DNA of 64,000 bases from a bacterium (GTDB taxonomy: Bacteria; UBA8248): contig CBDATS010000005.1 in the NCBI GenBank assembly GCA_965200245.1, positions 224,001-288,000 of the forward strand. Direction: 5' to 3'. The stretch's first letter is position 1, and each line of letters opens with the position of its first letter. Made by a program: the position numbers and the translations under genes. The notes beneath the pieces were generated by a model. It searched no databases, was not told the origin of the DNA, and saw nothing but the letters and a program-made list of their open reading frames with translations. Of this stretch, positions 32,714-41,898 are shown piece by piece.

Positions 32714-33664
32714 ATGCCGACCGTGGAAACGCAAGCCATCAGCAGCGAACTGATCAGGGAAGTGGCCTTCGAGCTCAATCGCCGCGCCGCCATCGGAATC
32801 CCCAAAGACGTGGGCGATTCCATCGCCGACATGGCCGAGCGCGAAACCCAGAAACTCTCGAAGTTCGTGCTGCTCGAAATTGTCAACAACTACAAGGTGG
32901 CCGTGGACGAGCAGCGGCCCATGTGCGCCGACACGGGGCTTCCACGCTTTTACGCAAAAATCGGAAACGACGCCGCCATCAAGGGCGGATTCGTGGCGCT
33001 GGAGCGATCCATCCGACAGGGAACGGCGGACGCAACCGAGCGCGTTCCCCTGCGTCCGAACCGGGTGCATCCCATCACCCGGCATGATTACAATAACAAT
33101 GTCGGCATCCACGCCCCCACGGTGGATTATTCATGGGAACCGGACGTCGACTGGATAGAACTCACAAGCTTTCACAAGGGTGGCCTCTTCGGCGGGGACT
33201 ATCGGATGCTCTTCCCCACCGACGGGATCGACGGTATCAAGCGCTTCTTTCTCGATGTGATCAGCGAATTCTTCAAGCGCGGCCTTTCATGCCAGCCAGC
33301 AATCGTGGGAATCGGCATCGGCGGCACGAAGGACACCTGCGTGCGGCTCGCCAAGGAAGCGGCGTGTCTTCGCGTGGTGGGGGACAGGAACCCGGATCCC
33401 CAGATCGCGGAACTGGAAGGGGACCTGAACGAACTGGGCCGGAGGACAAGCCTGGGCCCCATGGGCTTCAAGGGCGAGGGCGCGGTGATGGACACCCACA
33501 TCGAGGTGGCCTACACCCACACGGGCGGAATGCCCATATCGATCCATCATCAGTGTTTTGCGCTCAGACGCGCCACCGCGCGGGTTCACCCCGACGGTAG
33601 CGTGGAATATCGCGAAAATCCCCTTTGGTTCACAGACTACTACCGCCGCGACGGAATAGCCTGA
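32714..33664 (+). CDS. Class I fumarate hydratase / tartrate dehydratase alpha-like subunit
   Basis: PMCADTG, CQPAIVGIGIGG, LGPMG, QCFALR; GGAGG SD. Confidence 0.85.
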   Translation: MPTVETQAISSELIREVAFELNRRAAIGIPKDVGDSIADMAERETQKLSKFVLLEIVNNYKVAVDEQRPMCADTGLPRFYAKIGNDAAIKGGFVALERSIRQGTADATERVPLRPNRVHPITRHDYNNNVGIHAPTVDYSWEPDVDWIELTSFHKGGLFGGDYRMLFPTDGIDGIKRFFLDVISEFFKRGLSCQPAIVGIGIGGTKDTCVRLAKEAACLRVVGDRNPDPQIAELEGDLNELGRRTSLGPMGFKGEGAVMDTHIEVAYTHTGGMPISIHHQCFALRRATARVHPDGSVEYRENPLWFTDYYRRDGIA

Positions 33665-33686
33665 GCGGCGCGGGAGGCTTCTGAAT

Positions 33687-34370
33687 ATGAGCGGCACCGC
33701 AGACCTGGAAATGAATGAACATTACCTCTCAACGCCCGCCTCGCCGGAAGATCTTGCGAAGCTCGAACTGGGCGACGTCGTCTATTTCGACGGCCTGGTA
33801 TTCACCGGCAGAATCGGCCTCTACAAGAAACTCTTTGACGAAAAAGCAACCCCGCCGGTGGACATCGCCTCGCTCACGAACGTGACGTTCCACTGCTCGC
33901 CCGCCGTGGGGCGAAACGAAGCAGGCGATTGGGAAGTGGCTGCCGTCACGGCCACGGCGAGTTTTCGCTTCGAGAAACACCTCCCCCTTCTGATGGACGG
34001 GCACGGAGTGCGCTGCGTCATCGGAAAGGGCGGTATGGCACAAAAATTCTACGAGGACCACTTCAAGCGGCTGGGCGCAGTGTTCCTTAACACGGTGGGC
34101 TACGGCATCGGTGCACAGTACGGGCGTGGCATCACGGGTGTGAGGAACGTCTATTGGCTCGATGAACTTGGCATCGCGCAGGCCATGTGGGTGTTCGAAG
34201 TAAAAGGTTTCGGCCCGTTTCTTGTGGAATGCGACGCCCGGGGCAACAGCCTCTACCAGATGGCACTCGCCGAGACGAACGAGGAACTTGGCAAGCTCTA
34301 CGAGGGATTGCCGCTTCCCACGCTCAAGCGCTTGGGCGAGGTCCACAACCCCGAAGACGAGGTATTCTGA
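33687..34370 (+). CDS. Class I fumarate hydratase / tartrate dehydratase beta-like subunit
   Basis: LELGDVVYFDG, IGKGGM, WLDELG, FGPFLVECDARGNSLY. Confidence 0.82.
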   Translation: MSGTADLEMNEHYLSTPASPEDLAKLELGDVVYFDGLVFTGRIGLYKKLFDEKATPPVDIASLTNVTFHCSPAVGRNEAGDWEVAAVTATASFRFEKHLPLLMDGHGVRCVIGKGGMAQKFYEDHFKRLGAVFLNTVGYGIGAQYGRGITGVRNVYWLDELGIAQAMWVFEVKGFGPFLVECDARGNSLYQMALAETNEELGKLYEGLPLPTLKRLGEVHNPEDEVF

Positions 34371-34414
34371 CACCTTCCCGGAAATTGAACGGCAACACCA
34401 ACGAGAGGATGGAA

Positions 34415-35422
34415 ATGTCGAAAGGAATTGCCTGGGTCACTACAAGTTGGCTGAGCAGCCTCGAAGACCCGATGCGCCACTTCCGGCGGCTCGAAACCGA
34501 AGCAGATCTGGAGGTGAGAATAGAATCGAACGGCTTGGACAAGACGGAAGAAGAACTCATCGCCACCCTTCCCGGCGTGGTTGTCACCTTTCCAAGTAAC
34601 GACCCCTACAACGAGCGCACCCTTGCAGCGGCGTCACACTTGAAACACATCGCCAGAACAGGAGTAGGCTTCAACTCCGTCGACCTGGAGGCCGCCACGC
34701 GCCACGGGGTAGTCGTCACCAACGCGCCGGGCCAGAATTCTGACTCCGTGGCCGAGCACACCATCGGTCTCATGCTTTGTATCGCACGGAAAATCGCCCT
34801 GTGCGACAAGAAAATGCGCGCGGGCGAGTGGGCGGATTTGCGAGTACCCTTATCACCGCTTCGAGGCAAAACGCTGGGCATGATCGGGTTGGGCGACATC
34901 GGCAAGCGCGTGGCGAGGCGCGCCGTGGCCTTTGGCATGGAGGTCATCGCCCATGATGTTGTACGAGATGAACGATTCGCCGCTGAGGTGGGCATTTTCT
35001 ATGAATCTCGTGAAGAGGTGACGCGCCGGGCGGATTTCATCACCTGCCACGTGCCACTGAACGACTCGACGCGCGGCATGGTGGACGAGAAATTTCTCTC
35101 CGCCATGAAACCGAGCGCCTATTTCATCAACACCTCACGCGGCCCCGTAGTGGACCTCGACGCCGCCGCCACGGCTTTGGAGCGCGGTATCATCCAAGGC
35201 GCGGCACTCGATGTTTTTCCGAACGAACCAGTCGATTACCGCCACCGCATCTTTTCGCTCGACAATGTCGTCCTTACCCCTCACATCGCCGGCCTGGGCG
35301 AGGACGCTTGTGAACTGTCGCTCGAGTTCGCCGTCGCCGCCGCGCTCGACGTCATCGCCGGAAGGTGTCCGGCGGGGCTTCTCAATCCGGATGTACTGGA
35401 AAAAGCGGGCATCAAGGACTAG
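34415..35422 (+). CDS. D-isomer-specific 2-hydroxyacid dehydrogenase (SerA-like)
   Basis: GVGFNSVD, GLGDIG, NTSRG, LDVFPNEP, TPHIAG. Confidence 0.9.
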   Translation: MSKGIAWVTTSWLSSLEDPMRHFRRLETEADLEVRIESNGLDKTEEELIATLPGVVVTFPSNDPYNERTLAAASHLKHIARTGVGFNSVDLEAATRHGVVVTNAPGQNSDSVAEHTIGLMLCIARKIALCDKKMRAGEWADLRVPLSPLRGKTLGMIGLGDIGKRVARRAVAFGMEVIAHDVVRDERFAAEVGIFYESREEVTRRADFITCHVPLNDSTRGMVDEKFLSAMKPSAYFINTSRGPVVDLDAAATALERGIIQGAALDVFPNEPVDYRHRIFSLDNVVLTPHIAGLGEDACELSLEFAVAAALDVIAGRCPAGLLNPDVLEKAGIKD

Positions 35423-35491
35423 AGTGAACCGTCGCCCTGTTCCCGACTCGACAGGTATCATACAGTCAGCCGCCATATCGAGGAAGAATCC

Positions 35492-36889
35492 ATGCGGAAC
35501 ACAAAGAAACTGCGGGCCATCCTGATCGCCGCCTGTCTCCTCCTGCTTCTCGCCGCACCGTATCCAGGGGCCGACGCCAAGGCGGAGAACGCCCTGCGCG
35601 TTCCGTGGAAGGTGACCGAACACAGGATGAAGAACGGAATGCGCGCCCTTCTATTGCCCGACAACAGCGCACCCATGGTAGTCATGAAGATTTGGTACGC
35701 CGTCGGAAGCCGCGACGAGCAGCCCGGTCTCACGGGAATGGCTCATTTTCTGGAACACATGATGTTTCGCGGCACGAAGAAATACGGCCCAAAGGTATTC
35801 AGCGAGATCGTCAAGAAAAACGGTGGTACGCACAACGCGTTCACGAGTTTCGACTACACCGCGTACTATGAGCGTATCGCTTCGGACAGGCTGGAACTCA
35901 TCATCGAACTAGAAGCCGACCGCATGGTGAACATGATTCTCGAAAAAACAGGCTTCGATGCAGAGAAAGACGTGGTGCACGAGGAAAGACGTACCTATGA
36001 CGACCGTCCGTCGCACATGTTCTGGGAACAACTCCGGGCTGTCGCCTACACAAACCACCCCTACAAGAACCCGATTCTCGGTTGGCCCGGGGACGTGGAG
36101 GCCATCACTATCAAGGACATGGAGGCGTTCTACAAGCGCTTCTACAGCCCGGAGAATGCCACGGCCGTTCTGGTGGGCGACTTCAGAGTGGAAGAAGCTA
36201 TCGCGCTTCTCGAAAAGCATTTCGGGAAAATCCCCAAATCCCCGATCTTCAGGAAAAGGTCGAAACTCGTTGAGTTCCCCCAGAAGTCCGAGCGCAGGGT
36301 GTACGTGCGCGCGGCCGCGCAGCTTCCCTACGTGGCGATCGCCTATCACGCCCCCAACTGGAAGAGCGAGGACGCGCCCGCCCTCGTGATGCTGGAGGCC
36401 ATACTCGGCGGCGGAGAGACCTCGCGGGTCCACCAGAGGCTGGTCCGCATGGACACCATCGCCCTGGCCGCGGGTACGGATTACACCTACGTCTCCGCAG
36501 ACCCGATGGCCTTTTATTTATACGCCAGGCTGGCGCCCGGCAAGAAGGCCTCCGATGCCGAGAAGGCCCTGCTCGAGGAGGTGGAAAAACTCATCGAAAA
36601 AGGCGTGACGGACGAGGAATTCCGTCGCGCGCTCAGGAGCATCGAGGCGAACACGGTTTTCGCTATGGACTCGCATTACTACCGCGCGAGTCTCCTCGGC
36701 CGGGCGGCGATTGCGGGCGATTGGCGTCTACTCGAGGGCTACCTGCCCGCCCTCAGGAAAGTGACGCCCGCCGATGTGGTCCGCGTCGCGAAAAAATATC
36801 TGAACCACAACAACAAGACCACCGCCGTGCTCATACCAACCAAGAAAAACCGCCGCGCCAGTGCCGCCAAAAGCCGGGGAGGAAGCTAG
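35492..36889 (+). CDS. M16 family zinc peptidase
   Basis: HFLEHMMF (HxxEH), NAFTS, signal peptide. Confidence 0.92.
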   Translation: MRNTKKLRAILIAACLLLLLAAPYPGADAKAENALRVPWKVTEHRMKNGMRALLLPDNSAPMVVMKIWYAVGSRDEQPGLTGMAHFLEHMMFRGTKKYGPKVFSEIVKKNGGTHNAFTSFDYTAYYERIASDRLELIIELEADRMVNMILEKTGFDAEKDVVHEERRTYDDRPSHMFWEQLRAVAYTNHPYKNPILGWPGDVEAITIKDMEAFYKRFYSPENATAVLVGDFRVEEAIALLEKHFGKIPKSPIFRKRSKLVEFPQKSERRVYVRAAAQLPYVAIAYHAPNWKSEDAPALVMLEAILGGGETSRVHQRLVRMDTIALAAGTDYTYVSADPMAFYLYARLAPGKKASDAEKALLEEVEKLIEKGVTDEEFRRALRSIEANTVFAMDSHYYRASLLGRAAIAGDWRLLEGYLPALRKVTPADVVRVAKKYLNHNNKTTAVLIPTKKNRRASAAKSRGGS

Positions 36890-36890
36890 C

Positions 36891-38222
36891 ATGAAACTCT
36901 ACCGCATTCTTTGGACACTCGCTGCCGTTCTGCTCCTCTCGCCCGCTGTGGCGGACGCAGACATCATGACTTACGAACGCGAGGAATTGCCCGGCGGCGG
37001 CGTATTGCTGGTCAAACAACACAAACAGCTACCCATGGTGCGAGTTGCCGTCTCGATTCCCGCGGGCGCACACCATGAGACGCCCGAACAGGCTGGGCTC
37101 GCGAACCTGACCGCCACCCTCCTCGCCCGGGGCACGAAAACGAGAAACGCCTCCGATATCGAGAAAACGAATGACTCCCTGGGCGGCGGGGTGGGTGCCG
37201 AGACCGACCGCGCGCGCGCGAAGGTCTCAATGCGCGTGCTGACGCGGGACTTGGATGAGGGCCTCTCCCTGCTGGGCGATGTGCTCAGGAACCCTGTCTT
37301 CCCTGCAGAGGAGATAGAAAAAACGAAAAAACGTATCCTGGGTAGCCTCCGAAGGCAGCGCGAGCGACCCAGCCACCTGGCGAACAAGATGCTCCGGAAA
37401 AGTCTTTTCGGCGAAACCCCCTACGGCCGTCAGGTGGAGGGAACGGAGGCATCGATCAAGAATCTACGCAGAGAGGACCTCCTCCACTTCCACAAAAAAT
37501 GGTACGGCATGAAGGGGGCGATCTTCGTCTTCGTGGGCGACGTTTCACGCAAGCGCGCACGGGAACTCGTTCTGGCCCGCTTCAAGAACTGGCGGGCGGA
37601 GGGAGGCAAGCTCCCCGGGATGACACCCCCCGCTGCGCCGAAAAAGATGCAGGTGGTCAAGCTCGACCGTCCGCTTTCCCAAACTACCGTGATTCTGGGT
37701 AGCCGCTCTCTAAAGCGCACGGATCCGGATTTCTACGCCGCGCGCGTAATGAACTACATTCTGGGCGGAGGCGGCTTTTCCAGCAGGATCATGGACAACC
37801 TGAGAGAAGACAAGGGTCTCGTATACAGCGTCTATAGCTATTTCGCCTCGGGTCGTCACGCTGGCCACTGGCGGCTTGTCCTGCAGACGAAGAACAAGAC
37901 CGCGAATGAGGCCATCCACGAGGCTATCGCGGAGGTTAATCGCATCCAAGAAAAAGGCGTGAGTGACAAGGAGCTTCAAGACGCCAAGGACTTCTTGACA
38001 GGTAACTTCGCCACGCGCTTCGGCTCGTCAGGCCGCATTGCGGGCTATATTCTCGCGGTGGAGATTCTGGGTTTCTCACCCGGCTATGCGGATGAGTATC
38101 TCAGGAAAATTCGCGCCGTCACCAGGGAGCAAATCCTCGCTGCAGCGAGAAAACATATCAGGCTCAATGAGTCCACCCTCGCCGTGGTGGGGAATTTGAG
38201 CGAGGCAAAGCTCGCCTATTGA
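36891..38222 (+). CDS. M16 peptidase non-catalytic partner subunit
   Basis: Lacks HxxEH; LGGGGFSSR, REDKGLVYSV. Confidence 0.88.
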   Translation: MKLYRILWTLAAVLLLSPAVADADIMTYEREELPGGGVLLVKQHKQLPMVRVAVSIPAGAHHETPEQAGLANLTATLLARGTKTRNASDIEKTNDSLGGGVGAETDRARAKVSMRVLTRDLDEGLSLLGDVLRNPVFPAEEIEKTKKRILGSLRRQRERPSHLANKMLRKSLFGETPYGRQVEGTEASIKNLRREDLLHFHKKWYGMKGAIFVFVGDVSRKRARELVLARFKNWRAEGGKLPGMTPPAAPKKMQVVKLDRPLSQTTVILGSRSLKRTDPDFYAARVMNYILGGGGFSSRIMDNLREDKGLVYSVYSYFASGRHAGHWRLVLQTKNKTANEAIHEAIAEVNRIQEKGVSDKELQDAKDFLTGNFATRFGSSGRIAGYILAVEILGFSPGYADEYLRKIRAVTREQILAAARKHIRLNESTLAVVGNLSEAKLAY

Positions 38223-38251
38223 GACGCGCAGGCTTTTGAAGAGGAAACAGG

Positions 38252-38647
38252 ATGAAACGTGAAACGATAACTTCCGATACGCTGGCCGCACCCGCCGGGC
38301 ACTTCTCGCACGGGGTTGTCACCGAGGGCGGACGTACGCTCTACGTGGCAGGCCAGACACCTCTCGACGAGTACGGCAACCTCGTCTGCCCGGGCGACCC
38401 CGAGGGTCAGGCACGCCAGTGTTACCAGAACATCGAGAAGGTCATCCAGGCCGCTGGCGGGCGTATGGCGGATACGGCGAAAATCCAGGTCTTTGTGACG
38501 AGTCTCGACTACAGGGCTGCCGTCGGCAAAGTTCGGGCCGAGTTCTTTCCCAATGACCCGCCGGTGAGCACGTTTCTGGTGGTATCGAGTCTGGCCGAAC
38601 CCGCTTTTCTCGTGGAAGTCGAGGCGGTCGTTCCTCTGCCCGATTAA
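38252..38647 (+). CDS. RidA/YjgF family protein
   Basis: LYVAGQ, QARQCYQNI, LVEVEAV. Confidence 0.9.
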   Translation: MKRETITSDTLAAPAGHFSHGVVTEGGRTLYVAGQTPLDEYGNLVCPGDPEGQARQCYQNIEKVIQAAGGRMADTAKIQVFVTSLDYRAAVGKVRAEFFPNDPPVSTFLVVSSLAEPAFLVEVEAVVPLPD

Positions 38648-38659
38648 GAGAACGAACCA

Positions 38660-39049
38660 GTGAACGTAAATACCACCCTGCGCTGGGTGCTCGCACTCGG
38701 AGTCATGACGGGGATTCATCTGTTGACAGCGGCTAGCGGGCAGAATCCCTCCTCTGCCCTGCCGGTCGGGGTGGACAAAATCATACACGTCTGCGAATTT
38801 GGGCTCCTTGGCTTTCTACTCTGGCGGCCATGGCGGGAGACGTTTCCCCACTGGGCCGAGGGAAGGACAGCTCTTTTTGTCTTTGCGCTCACTGCTTTGA
38901 ACGGCTTGGGCGACGAGTTGCACCAGGTATTTCTCCCCCACCGGACCGCTACATGGGGAGACGTCGCGGCGGACGCCGCTGGAGGCGGGGTTGCCGTCTT
39001 GTGGTGTCTACACCGCGAGAAGGGCCGGCCCACAGTAAGACCGCAATAA
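38660..39049 (+). CDS. VanZ family protein
   Basis: DKIIH, DELHQVFLPHR, DVAADAAG. Confidence 0.85.
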   Translation: MNVNTTLRWVLALGVMTGIHLLTAASGQNPSSALPVGVDKIIHVCEFGLLGFLLWRPWRETFPHWAEGRTALFVFALTALNGLGDELHQVFLPHRTATWGDVAADAAGGGVAVLWCLHREKGRPTVRPQ

Positions 39050-39063
39050 GCAGGAGGAACCCG

Positions 39064-39513
39064 ATGGCCAGCATTCGAGAAACACTCACCGAAGACATGA
39101 AGTCCGCCATGCACGCAAAGGAGACGCTCAGGCTCTCCACCATCCGGATGGTTCGCTCCGAAATTTTGAACAAGGACAAGGAAAGCGGCGAAGAAACATC
39201 ACCCGAAGATATTCTCAAACTGCTCCAAAGTATGGTAAAGAAACGAGAGGAAGCTGCCGAGCATTACGTAGCCGCTGACCGCGAGGACATGGCCCGGAAA
39301 GAACGAGACGAGATTCAGATCATCCTGGGTTATCTCCCCTCGCAGATGGAAGATTCAGAAATTGAAGCAACAGCCCAGGCGATCATCGAGGAAACCGGGG
39401 CCTCCACGATGAAGGATATGGGTAGGATAATGGGAATTCTCACACGTGAACTGGCCGGGCGCGCCACGGGTGCCCGGATATCCCAGGCAGTACGGAAACT
39501 CCTGGGCTCATAA
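39064..39513 (+). CDS. GatB/YqeY domain protein
   Basis: DMKSAM, KKREEA, YLPSQM, MKDMGRIM. Confidence 0.9.
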   Translation: MASIRETLTEDMKSAMHAKETLRLSTIRMVRSEILNKDKESGEETSPEDILKLLQSMVKKREEAAEHYVAADREDMARKERDEIQIILGYLPSQMEDSEIEATAQAIIEETGASTMKDMGRIMGILTRELAGRATGARISQAVRKLLGS

Positions 39514-39528
39514 TAAGGAGGTCTCCAG

Positions 39529-39924
39529 ATGAAAAAGCCTGCCTATCGCCTAGAAGATGTCGCTACAGCGTATCAATGCGACCCCGAGCAGGAGGAGATC
39601 ATCTCCGCTCTGGCCGAGCGCGATTATCGCGTATTCGAGGTCGAGCAACCCGCCGGAGCTTTCGTGCCCTACCACACGCATAATGAAGAAGAAGCCGTGA
39701 TCGTCATCGAGGGCCAGATGCAGTTCAACGTGGAAGAAGAACTCGTCCTCGTTCAACAGGGCGAGGTGATCACCATCCGCGAAGAAGCCATCCACAGTGC
39801 CGCCCAGGTGGGCGAGGAGAAGGCGAAGCTTCTGCTCGCCTTCCCGAACGACGGAAGCGACCCGCCAGTCATCGACCTTGACTTGGACGGCGATGAAGAG
39901 GATGACAGCCTCGGCTACGCCTGA
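39529..39924 (+). CDS. Cupin domain protein with acidic tail
   Basis: PYHTHNEEE...H; AGGAGG SD. Confidence 0.8.
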   Translation: MKKPAYRLEDVATAYQCDPEQEEIISALAERDYRVFEVEQPAGAFVPYHTHNEEEAVIVIEGQMQFNVEEELVLVQQGEVITIREEAIHSAAQVGEEKAKLLLAFPNDGSDPPVIDLDLDGDEEDDSLGYA

Positions 39925-40369
39925 GTCCAACTACTTCGCATACGGGGCAAACCTGCACATCGCCCAAATGAAAGCCTTATGTCCGAAAAGCGTACCTGTA
40001 TGCCCTGCGCGCCTGGAGGACTATCGCCTCACCATAGCCCTGCCCGCCGCAGCGCGCGGAAACCAGCCCGGCTGGGCCACAGTGACACCCGAGAAAGGTG
40101 CCGAGACGCCGGGCGCCCTGTTCCACCTTCATCCAGACGACTTGAAAGCACTCGACCATTTCGAGGATTACCCGGCACTCTACGGACGCGAAGAGGTGGA
40201 AATCCTGACAGCGGAAGGACGTCACAGGGCCATGCTCTACGTGATGCGGCATCCCTTGCGGGCGGCGCACCCAACAACGCACTATGTCGAGACACTCCGG
40301 CAGGGATACCGGGATTTCGACCTGCCCATAGAAGTGCTGGAGGGCGTTTTGGGGGAATCTTATTACTGA
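39902..40369 (+). CDS. Gamma-glutamylcyclotransferase family protein
   Basis: YFAYGANL, LDHFEDYP. Confidence 0.85.
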   Translation: MTASATPESNYFAYGANLHIAQMKALCPKSVPVCPARLEDYRLTIALPAAARGNQPGWATVTPEKGAETPGALFHLHPDDLKALDHFEDYPALYGREEVEILTAEGRHRAMLYVMRHPLRAAHPTTHYVETLRQGYRDFDLPIEVLEGVLGESYY

Positions 40370-40711
40370 ATCGTATCCAGGGAGTAGAACCGCCGATAAC
40401 CCAACGTCGGTCAGAAGCCCTTGCTAACTGCCGGCGAAAGGCCAGGCTGCAGCCTCAAGACATCCCACGAACAAAGCCGCCTGTTGGAATTCCATCATTT
40501 CCCGCTCTTCTTCACTATACCTGAGTTGAACCCGGATATACTGTTCTGCCGAAGCTACGGGAACCATATCTTCTGGCCTTGTTCCCACCCCCGTAATATA
40601 CGTCCCATAATGTATTCAATAATTCCTTCCATGAAGTTCAGGTGAAGTTGGTGAGTCATTACCAGCATTTTCGAAAAAAGGGACCTGATATTTTGCTACC
40701 ACCCCACAACT

Positions 40712-40966
40712 CTAATACGGCCACAAATATCCGCCGCCACTGGCGTCTTTCAACTGTTCATCGGTGAGCCGGGACGGAGGCGGAAGGACGAGATAGCTGT
40801 TCTCGGCGTCGTCTTCCATCACATGCAGGTTGAAATTCTCCGGCATCGTTACCCCGAACTCCTCCGATATCACGGCCTTCGGTTCAGAAATCAGACGGGC
40901 GCGGAACTCCTCGCTGTCGCCTGCCTTCTCGATCAGATGCTCGCGCACCTCGGTTACGGATTTCAC
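40712..40966 (-). CDS. NHLP leader peptide family RiPP precursor
   Basis: GTG start with AAGGAG SD; KAGDSEEFRARLISEPKAVI, YLVLPP, LTDEQLKDASGG, then GYLWPY. Confidence 0.85.
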   Translation of the reverse strand: MKSVTEVREHLIEKAGDSEEFRARLISEPKAVISEEFGVTMPENFNLHVMEDDAENSYLVLPPPSRLTDEQLKDASGGGYLWPY

Positions 40967-41388
40967 TCTGGTCTCCTTTCCTGAGGAAATGGGTATGGGT
41001 GGATCCCTCCGATTACTTTTTGTATCGTTGTCATGAGCAGGGTATGGGATATTCCGGCGGGAAAGAAAGAAATTATTGACGTTTTTCTGGTGAGGAGCAG
41101 GCTTCCGCCCGGGAAATCGGTGGCCGAAATATCCTTTTTCCCAAAATGAGGTCGTTATGTCCCCTCCTCCTGTCTGCAAAAGACATTCCCTGTCTTGCAG
41201 GAAAGAGTCACGAGGACTTCCGCACACAAATTTCGGAGATGACAGTGATGTCCGTCTGCATGAAATCCAGGGATGTGGTTAAGGCGCGGTACGCAAGATG
41301 AAGGTATTCAGGCTTGCGGATTTAAGTATACAATTCCCAAACAAAGAACAAAAAACCTGCCTCCTGGCCGCAAAAGTGTCAGGGCGTC

Positions 41389-41874
41389 CTAGAAGTCACC
41401 CTTCTCCTGCAAATAAGGCACGAGGCCACCCGCCTCGATCATCGCCCAAAGACCACCGGGAAAAGGCGTGAAGGTGATGGTCTCATCTCCCACACGGGCC
41501 TCTCCGGCCACAGGGTCGACTTCAATTTCATCACCCGCCCGGATGGCGTCAGTATCGCACGTGATGACGGGAAGCCCTGAATTGATGGCATTTCGGTAGA
41601 ACATGTGCCCGAAACTCTTGGCGAGTACGCAGCTCACACCGAGTTCCCTGAGCACCACAGCAGAATCCTGACGGCTGCTGACGAGGCCGAAGTTCTCCCC
41701 CGCTACCACCAAGTCGCCTGGTTGCACATTCCGGGAAAAATCAGGGTCGAGTTCCTTGAAGGCGTCTCGTTTGAGTTCTTCCATCGCAGTGCCCGGCGGG
41801 CGGTATTTGACGGACAGATGCATGTCGGTGCTTATATCGTCGCCGAAGCGGTGGACGCGTCCCCTAATCTCCAC
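41389..41874 (-). CDS. Isopropylmalate/homoaconitase-like dehydratase small subunit
   Basis: FGDDISTD, AGENFG, SFGHMFYRNAINSG, AGGLV. Confidence 0.88.
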   Translation of the reverse strand: MEIRGRVHRFGDDISTDMHLSVKYRPPGTAMEELKRDAFKELDPDFSRNVQPGDLVVAGENFGLVSSRQDSAVVLRELGVSCVLAKSFGHMFYRNAINSGLPVITCDTDAIRAGDEIEVDPVAGEARVGDETITFTPFPGGLWAMIEAGGLVPYLQEKGDF

Positions 41875-41898
41875 AATTCCAGTCTCCTCGTTGTACGC

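Noticed and set aside
40370-40711. Possible RiPP tailoring gene or remnant downstream of the NHLP precursor
   Set aside because: Manual translation gave only short frames without recognisable motifs.
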